Source: an uncultured Methanosarcinales archaeon (GTDB taxonomy: Archaea; Nanobdellota; Nanobdellia; Woesearchaeales; UBA12501). Taken from it: DNA of 32,130 nt. The DNA lies in assembly GCA_964397315.1 (NCBI GenBank), contig CAYNHV010000017.1, positions 1-32,130 of the forward strand, written 5' to 3'. The notes beneath the pieces were generated by a model. That model was not told where the DNA came from. It made no database searches and saw nothing but the letters and a program-made list of their open reading frames with translations. The position numbers and the translations under genes were made by a program. Within the stretch, counting starts at the first letter, position 1, and each line of letters opens with the position of its first letter. Shown piece after piece: positions 25,142-32,130 of the stretch.

Positions 25142-26272
25142 TCAAGCGCCAAGCTTTTCCTGCATCTCAGGCTTCCTGGGTTTTTTCCCTGTCCTGAAAA
25201 GAAGGTAAGCAAGCATGAGTATTATTATGAGCGCGAGCTCTCCAAGCACAATGAGAAGGATTGTCATGTTGTCAATGCTGTCATCCTTTGCAGCTTTCTG
25301 CCCTCCTGAGGGCTTTGCAGGCACGTAACTTATTGAGTCCTGGCTGCTCTCCTTTTCCCTGCTGTCATTGCCTGCCTCCTGGCCTGTCTGGTTAGGCGAT
25401 TCTGTGTCCTGGCCTGAGTCCTGGGACTGCTCATCCTGGGGAGTGAAATCACAGCTCTCAACTGTTATGTTGGTTGTCTTGTGCTGCTTCCTGTAGCCCC
25501 TGTCATACTCAACCCTCACAGTAAGCTCATACATTCCAGGGTTGAGATTCTCCTTGACTGTGAATGGGTAGCTTTTTTCAAAGAGGTTTTCATCATCAAA
25601 ATCCTTGTCCAGATAGAAGAACTCTCTTGCATTGACGCCTATGAGGGTGTTTATTGCTGTCAGGTTTATGTCATCCTCATTGTTTGATCCAATGTTCCTC
25701 ACAGAAACATAAAGCCTTGCGTCGCCGCCGCAGTCAACCTTTTGGGGCTCAAAATGTGTTTTTATCATGAGCTCATGGTTCTCTTTTTCAACCCTGAACT
25801 TTCCGAGCTTCTCCTCAATGGATTCCCTGTTATTGTTTGAGGCGTTCTTTGCTTTTACTTTTACGAATATGTCATACCTCTCCGTGTCTTCCACTTCCCA
25901 GGGTATTTTGAATGTGTATTTTACATTCTTGGAGTCGCCCTCATCAAGGTCACGAAGGTCAAATTCAGGGTTTATATTATCTCCGTTATTGTCCTCAAGC
26001 TTTGAGCCTCCCTCCTCAAACCATAGCTCTGCCTCAACATCCTCAAGGTCGTATGAGCCTGTGTTAACCACGTCAAATTTTACAGTGAGCTCCTCTCCCG
26101 GCTTCACCAGCTCGTCATCCCCCTCTGAGTCAAGGTCAAAGTCCTGTATCTCAAGCCCGGCAATGGCTGTGCCTGCGCACAGCACTAAAAGAACTATTAT
26201 TATAAGCGGCAATACCACTTTTGACCTGCTGGCATATCCTATATAAACCACCCCAGATGGCTTTAAAAGCAT
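25142..26272 (-). CDS. Secreted S-layer/CARDB-like protein with C-terminal membrane anchor
   Basis: Signal peptide, two acidic Ig-like domains (VKPGEELTVKFDVVN; VSVRNIG..PGMYELTVRV), S/Q/D linker, C-terminal TM and basic tail. Start uncertain. Confidence 0.8.
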   Translation of the reverse strand: MLLKPSGVVYIGYASRSKVVLPLIIIVLLVLCAGTAIAGLEIQDFDLDSEGDDELVKPGEELTVKFDVVNTGSYDLEDVEAELWFEEGGSKLEDNNGDNINPEFDLRDLDEGDSKNVKYTFKIPWEVEDTERYDIFVKVKAKNASNNNRESIEEKLGKFRVEKENHELMIKTHFEPQKVDCGGDARLYVSVRNIGSNNEDDINLTAINTLIGVNAREFFYLDKDFDDENLFEKSYPFTVKENLNPGMYELTVRVEYDRGYRKQHKTTNITVESCDFTPQDEQSQDSGQDTESPNQTGQEAGNDSREKESSQDSISYVPAKPSGGQKAAKDDSIDNMTILLIVLGELALIIILMLAYLLFRTGKKPRKPEMQEKLGA

Positions 26273-26388
26273 CTTTGATATATAAAGCTTTTGCTATTTT
26301 CAAGGAGTGTCATATATGAAGAATACATGAACAGACCAGCATAGGCATTTATAAAGGAGAGAATGATCTCAAGGCTATCAGGAAGGCA

Positions 26389-27087
26389 TCAGGACATGGA
26401 GAGCTCGTATCTCAGGAAGGACAACACAAGCACGTGGCTCATGTTCCTTATCATGTTCCACCTCTCCTTTGTGTCAGCATCAAGAGTCTCGTGGCCGCAG
26501 TACTCAATATTGCCCTTATATCCCATGTAGTGGGCCATCTTGGCCATGCTCTGTATCTTGCACATCTTGTCGTAGCTTATGAGCTCGTCCTCAAAGTTGT
26601 ATATCCTGTCCTTGCTGCCGTCAGTGTAGAAAGGCTTGTACACTTCCTTGACAGTCCCAGTGCCTAAGTAGCTGAAAAGCTCCTGCACGTTCACATTATA
26701 AGCGTCCTTTCCAAAGAACTCTGAGAAGAGGTAATCCCTGTCTTCCTTCCTGCTTTTCTTCTTCTGCCTTATGCCGAATTTCCTGTTAATCTTCCTGACA
26801 ATGTCCTTTATTGTTGTGTCCTCCCCTCCTTTCTTCCCTGCCTTTACACCTTCCTTGTCAGTTTCGCTGTCATTATCCTTTCCTGCCTCAGCCCTGTCTT
26901 CATTATCTTCAGACCTGCGGACAATCATCTCAAGCTCCTCATCATCCAGTGCATCACGGCCTGGATTTAGGGAGAAGCTGTCTTCTGCAGTCCCCTCATC
27001 ATCAGAAAAAGATTCACCACCCTCTTCTGCCTGCTCCAGAAGCTCAAGAAGCTTTTCCTCACTGATAAGATTTAGCGCAAGCTGCAT
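26389..27087 (-). CDS. Hypothetical protein with acidic low-complexity N-terminus
   Basis: 232-aa ORF with genome-typical codon use and GGGGTGGG RBS; no family recognised. Confidence 0.75.
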   Translation of the reverse strand: MQLALNLISEEKLLELLEQAEEGGESFSDDEGTAEDSFSLNPGRDALDDEELEMIVRRSEDNEDRAEAGKDNDSETDKEGVKAGKKGGEDTTIKDIVRKINRKFGIRQKKKSRKEDRDYLFSEFFGKDAYNVNVQELFSYLGTGTVKEVYKPFYTDGSKDRIYNFEDELISYDKMCKIQSMAKMAHYMGYKGNIEYCGHETLDADTKERWNMIRNMSHVLVLSFLRYELSMS

Positions 27088-27148
27088 TACCCACCCCTTT
27101 GCATATAATCATTACCATACTCATCAAAACATGCCTCCTTAATGGGTT

Positions 27149-28615
27149 TCAATAGCTCTTGGCAATGTAAACCTCATGCTCTGCCTTTTTACCGCAGTAT
27201 ACGCACTTGCCGGAGGGCTTTCCATCTTTTGGGAGGGTGACTATCTTTGCACCTCCTGTCTGATCCTTTATCATGTCCTCGCATTCAACCTTGCCGCACC
27301 ACTGGGCTCTTGTTATTTTTCCGCTTTCAACAGCTTTTTTCAGCTTTTCAAAGCTGTCAGCCTTCACAGTCATGGACTCCCTGTCCCTTCTTGACTTGTT
27401 GAACATATCCTTCTGCATGGCATCAATAAGTTCCCCTGTTCTTTTCTTTATATTGTCCAGCTTAACTGTCTCTTTCTCTCCTGTGTCCCTCCTGACCATT
27501 ACAGCCTGCCCCTTCTCAACATCCCTCGGGCCTATCTCAATACGGAGGGGAACACCCCTCATCTCCCAGTCATTGAACTTCCAGCCGGGAGTGTATTCCT
27601 CCCTTTCATCAAGCTCTATCCTGAAATCATCTGCCATTACATCCCTGAGTTTTCTGCTCTCTTCAAGCACCTTCTTCTTGCTGTTCTCAAAAAGGATGGG
27701 GATTATAACTGCCTGGACAGAAGCTATTTTTGGAGGCCAGACAAGCCCCTTATCATCACCGTGCTGCATTACAGCGAGCCCGATCATCCTAGTTGTTATG
27801 GCCCATGTGTTCTGATACACATATTTGGATCTCTCGTCCCTGTCAATGAAAGTTATGTCAAAAGCCTTTGCGAAATTCTGGCCGTCATGATGAGCGTCAG
27901 GCCCCTGCACCAGCCTGCCGTTGGGGGTTGCAAACTCAATAGCCCAGGTGTATTCTGCTCCTGCGAACTTCTCCTTGTCTGTCTTCTTTCCTGTTATGCC
28001 TGAAAGAGCTATGTATTCCGAGCATATCTCCTCCCACAAGGATACAATATCATTAATCTCCTTCTCAGCCTCTTTTTTTCCTGCAAATGCAGTGTGCCCC
28101 TCATTCCACAGAAACTCTCTTGTTCTTATGAAGGGGATTGGGTGCTTGAATTCCCATCTCACAACATTGTTCCACTGGTTGAGCTTTAGCGGGAGATCTC
28201 TCCATGACCTTATCCACTTGCTGTATGAATCATACATTATTGTCTCTGAGGTGGGCCTCACAGCAAGCCTCTCTCCCAGCTTGGTATCTCCGCCGTAATC
28301 AACCCAGGCTACCTCAGGGGAGAATCCTTCAACATGAGTGGCTTCCTTCTTGAGGAGTGATTCAGGTATGAAGAGGGGGAAATAGGCGTTCTTTATGCCG
28401 AGCTTCTTCAGCCTCTTGTCAGTCTCCTCTTTTATGCGCTCCCACACTGAATAGCAGTCAGGCCTGAATATGATACAGCCTGACACAGCAGAATAGTCAA
28501 TGAGGCCTGATTTGAGCAGGACCTGCTGGTACCACTCAGAGAAGTCCTCTTCCTTCTTTGCTGTTATGCCTATCTCCTTCTCCTGTTTTGAATCCCGGCG
28601 TGTTTCCTTTGCCAT
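27149..28615 (-). CDS. proS: Proline--tRNA ligase (archaeal/eukaryotic type)
   Basis: FSEWYQ, RPTSET, QWNNVVRWE, FIRTREFLWNEGHT, GQNFAKAF, HGDDKG, GVPLRIEIGPRD, Zn-binding Cys, C-terminal AKSY. Confidence 0.97.
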   Translation of the reverse strand: MAKETRRDSKQEKEIGITAKKEEDFSEWYQQVLLKSGLIDYSAVSGCIIFRPDCYSVWERIKEETDKRLKKLGIKNAYFPLFIPESLLKKEATHVEGFSPEVAWVDYGGDTKLGERLAVRPTSETIMYDSYSKWIRSWRDLPLKLNQWNNVVRWEFKHPIPFIRTREFLWNEGHTAFAGKKEAEKEINDIVSLWEEICSEYIALSGITGKKTDKEKFAGAEYTWAIEFATPNGRLVQGPDAHHDGQNFAKAFDITFIDRDERSKYVYQNTWAITTRMIGLAVMQHGDDKGLVWPPKIASVQAVIIPILFENSKKKVLEESRKLRDVMADDFRIELDEREEYTPGWKFNDWEMRGVPLRIEIGPRDVEKGQAVMVRRDTGEKETVKLDNIKKRTGELIDAMQKDMFNKSRRDRESMTVKADSFEKLKKAVESGKITRAQWCGKVECEDMIKDQTGGAKIVTLPKDGKPSGKCVYCGKKAEHEVYIAKSY

Positions 28616-28715
28616 GGCGTTGGATTAACATCACTAGTTTTTAAATGTTTTTAGTATGAGTCCCTACCACTCTTAAATAATAAATTTTTTATATTCCCTA
28701 TCCACAATTGCCTGG

Positions 28716-29981
28716 ATGGATGACACCTTTACCAGGACAGTGTTCACTCGTGACAAATATGGGGATATCAAACAGCATAAAACTGTTTACCGACCTTCTA
28801 AGATGTCCATGTATGCGTTAGGAAGGTCACTCCTTTACCTGTGGGGCAGGCCATTCTGGAGTGATAAGGAACATCAAAGGCAGGTAAAAGCATATACTGA
28901 TACATTCATCAGGAGGTCGCAGAACCATATAATCGAGGCTGTGGAAGCTTTTCAAGGAGGAACAACTGAAAAGAAACCAAAAAAGAAAGAGAAGGATGCA
29001 TTCAAAAAAGAGGTGCAGGATTTCTCGTGTGTCATAAGGGGAGGTTTGCAGAGGATTATTAGGGGGTGCCTTGATGATAAGAAAAACTCTCACAAATATT
29101 TTCCCACTGTTGAATTTCATGATTCTGGAAGGTGGAGCAGGGTACCTCTTAATGAACAAGAAAGGCAGCTCAATGAGAAGATATTTTCAGACAGGCTGAG
29201 AAAAACAATTCTCAACCTTTCCTACTCAGATGCATTCAATGCTGTGCTTCAGGATTACAGGCTTGTCAATGAAGTAGTTCAGGATCCTTCCAGATTCTCT
29301 GAGCTGGAAGAACTGTGCAGGAGTCCCCTCAAGAATTTCATGACTCAGAGGAGGATAAGATACATGGATGAGGCAAGCCAGTATCAGGAAGGTCTCCTTG
29401 TGGTGTGGGCCTGCACGCAGAAGTATGAGGCAAGAGACTTTGCAAGATTCCCAACAATGGTGAGGAAAGGGCTGCACTACAAGTTTTGCAACTTGCTTGC
29501 ATTCTATGATGCTGACTGCAGGAGGACAATGAGAAACACACACCCAATGGGTGACCCCTCCAACCCCGACGATACAGCTCTTGTGAGAAAGGCAGAGAAG
29601 AAAATTGTAAGCTTGTGGGCGGAGGTTCAGGAAGCGATGTCACAGGATCCAGATTCTGATGTTTATGACCCCTTCATGACAGTGGGTGTGTTGGACCCAT
29701 CCTATGCAGATCCGTGTGAGAAAGCAATATGTGAAGAGGTCGCGGTATCCGGTGATGACGAACTGGTGACTCATAATAATTTCCCTCACCTTAATGAGAA
29801 CTATGTAACGAGCATTGACAAAAAGAGGTTTATGCAGAATACATATCTTTATAATCCGCTCCAGATACCAAGACTGGAGGAAGAAGAGGGATATGATTTC
29901 GGTCTTGATGAGAAAGATATGAAAAGGTTGAGGGAGACAAATAATACACGGACAGACTTGGACAAGGAGACACCAATTTAA
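28716..29981 (+). CDS. Hypothetical protein containing a sigma-70 region-2-like segment
   Basis: aa ~178-270 DYRLV..V..D...FSEL...C....K......I...D....YQEGLLVVW....KYE....ARF.T.....L...F.NLL....A..RR resembles SigH/ComX region 2. The ORF is solid; the domain call is by eye. Confidence 0.6.
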   Translation: MDDTFTRTVFTRDKYGDIKQHKTVYRPSKMSMYALGRSLLYLWGRPFWSDKEHQRQVKAYTDTFIRRSQNHIIEAVEAFQGGTTEKKPKKKEKDAFKKEVQDFSCVIRGGLQRIIRGCLDDKKNSHKYFPTVEFHDSGRWSRVPLNEQERQLNEKIFSDRLRKTILNLSYSDAFNAVLQDYRLVNEVVQDPSRFSELEELCRSPLKNFMTQRRIRYMDEASQYQEGLLVVWACTQKYEARDFARFPTMVRKGLHYKFCNLLAFYDADCRRTMRNTHPMGDPSNPDDTALVRKAEKKIVSLWAEVQEAMSQDPDSDVYDPFMTVGVLDPSYADPCEKAICEEVAVSGDDELVTHNNFPHLNENYVTSIDKKRFMQNTYLYNPLQIPRLEEEEGYDFGLDEKDMKRLRETNNTRTDLDKETPI

Positions 29982-30001
29982 AGCTGTCTATAATCAAAGA
30001 T

Positions 30002-31021
<1,020 letters not shown>

Positions 31022-31192
31022 TCATGCAGCAGGTATATTTAAATATTTATTATCATTGGAGAATAGATAAAATGCTTTTTCGGCTCTTTTTCTGCCTGAA
31101 ATCCGCAGCCCCAGAAGGAGAAGCAGAAGGAGAAGGGACGTATGCAAAGATTCCTGAATCTGGCTTTAAGGCCTGCTGAGCCGACAGAAACC

Positions 31193-31200
31193 TTTATAAA
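31193..31200 (+). promoter_or_regulatory. TATA box for uppS
   Basis: GAAACC-TTTATAAA ending 24 nt before ATG 31225. Confidence 0.55.
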
Positions 31201-31224
31201 TTATCTGGATTATGCTCAAGTGTT

Positions 31225-31923
31225 ATGGCTGAAGGACCCAAGCATGTAGGCGTGATTCTGGACGGCAACAGAAGGTTCGCCAAGAGGCTGATGAAAAGAC
31301 CATGGGAAGGCCACACCCTGGGATTTGAGAAGGTCAAGAAGCTCATCCAGTGGTGCTCAAAGCTCGGAATAAAAGAGCTGACCCTCTACTGCTTCTCAAT
31401 GCAGAATTTCAACAGGCCAAAAGAGGAGTTTGACTACCTCATGGACCAGTTTGAAAAGGCATTCAAGGAGGTGGGGAGAAGAAAGGATGCGTGGCAGAAA
31501 GGCATAAGGGTAAGGGCTATTGGAAGGACTCACCTGCTTCCTGAGAAAGTGCAGAAGGCAATAAGAGATGCAGAGGAGAACACAAGGGACTGCAGGGATT
31601 ACACCCTGAACATAGCAATAGCTTACGGCGGAAGAGAGGAGATAATTGACGCTGTCAAGAGAATAGGCAGGGAAATAGAAGAGGGAAAGATAAGCGACGA
31701 TGATGTTGATGAGCAGCTGATAAGGAGCCACTTATACACGCCTGACGAGCCGGACCTCATAATAAGAACAGGAGGGGAGAAGAGAACTTCAAACTTCCTG
31801 ATGTGGCAGTCAAGCTACGCAGAGTGGATATTCATAGAGAAGATGTGGCCTGAGTTTGAGGAAGAGGATTTCCTGGAGTGTATTGAGAACTACAGGCAAA
31901 GGGAGAGAAGATTCGGCAAGTGA
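31225..31923 (+). CDS. uppS: cis-prenyltransferase (undecaprenyl/polyprenyl diphosphate synthase)
   Basis: PKHVGVILDGNRRFA, YCFSMQNFNR, AYGGREEI, PDLIIRTGGEKRTSNFLMWQ, RRFGK. Confidence 0.95.
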   Translation: MAEGPKHVGVILDGNRRFAKRLMKRPWEGHTLGFEKVKKLIQWCSKLGIKELTLYCFSMQNFNRPKEEFDYLMDQFEKAFKEVGRRKDAWQKGIRVRAIGRTHLLPEKVQKAIRDAEENTRDCRDYTLNIAIAYGGREEIIDAVKRIGREIEEGKISDDDVDEQLIRSHLYTPDEPDLIIRTGGEKRTSNFLMWQSSYAEWIFIEKMWPEFEEEDFLECIENYRQRERRFGK

Positions 31924-32027
31924 AGCACAAGCTAGACACCAGCCCCTCCTTCTTTGAAATTTACGCAGGCATGAAGAGCATTTCTGGTCTTATCACCACC
32001 ACAAGGATTATGTAAAAATTCTAGATC

Positions 32028-32130
32028 CTCCTGATATTGCCGCCGCCCTGTTTAGTTCTACAATCGCTTCGCCCGCTAAAAATAATCCCGACTCGCAAGC
32101 TTAAATATAATTCCGACTGAAGTCGAAATT
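32028..32130 (+). repeat. Start of another dispersed-repeat copy followed by REP-like hairpins (cut by the window edge)
   Basis: CTCCTGATATTGCCGCCGCCCT matches 1321-1342; TTCTACAATC matches 17521-17530; AATCCCGACTCGC matches 13129-13141; hairpin AATTCCGACT-GA-AGTCGAAATT at 32109-32130. Confidence 0.6.

Noticed and set aside
31112..31135. Tandem 12-mer CAGAAGGAGAAG x2 between gap and uppS
   Set aside because: Only two copies of a low-complexity purine tract; no support for function.

Overview
Chromosomal window from an archaeon, most likely a DPANN lineage such as Woesearchaeota (inference). Support: archaeal-type ProRS/ArgRS, AMP phosphorylase, Dph2, TTTATAAA TATA boxes about 23-30 nt upstream of start codons, GGTGA-type RBS and a BHB-intron tRNA, mixed with bacterial-type genes (class I GAPDH, fused GMP synthase, YqjD/YqjE-like pair). 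Housekeeping genes include malic enzyme, argS, guaA, AMP phosphorylase, an AI-2E transporter, a vapBC pair, two Lrp/AsnC regulators, a B12 radical SAM enzyme, a DAACS transporter, a U32 protein, nrdJ with a cobalamin adenosyltransferase, dph2, proS, gap and uppS. Main items the ORF track does not show: (1) a tRNA-Val(UAC) with three BHB introns (D-loop, 37/38, T-loop) at 13225-13379; (2) a dispersed, co-oriented 300-490 bp intergenic repeat family (three clear copies, two degenerate or partial) ending in variable arrays of ~45-bp units; (3) a 163-bp double-hairpin MITE-like element in two near-identical copies, apparently inserted into that family; (4) REP-like hairpins with a bulged T; (5) an orphan 421-aa protein with a bacterial SigH/ComX-like sigma-70 region-2 segment. 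All calls come from reading the sequence by eye; no searches were run.
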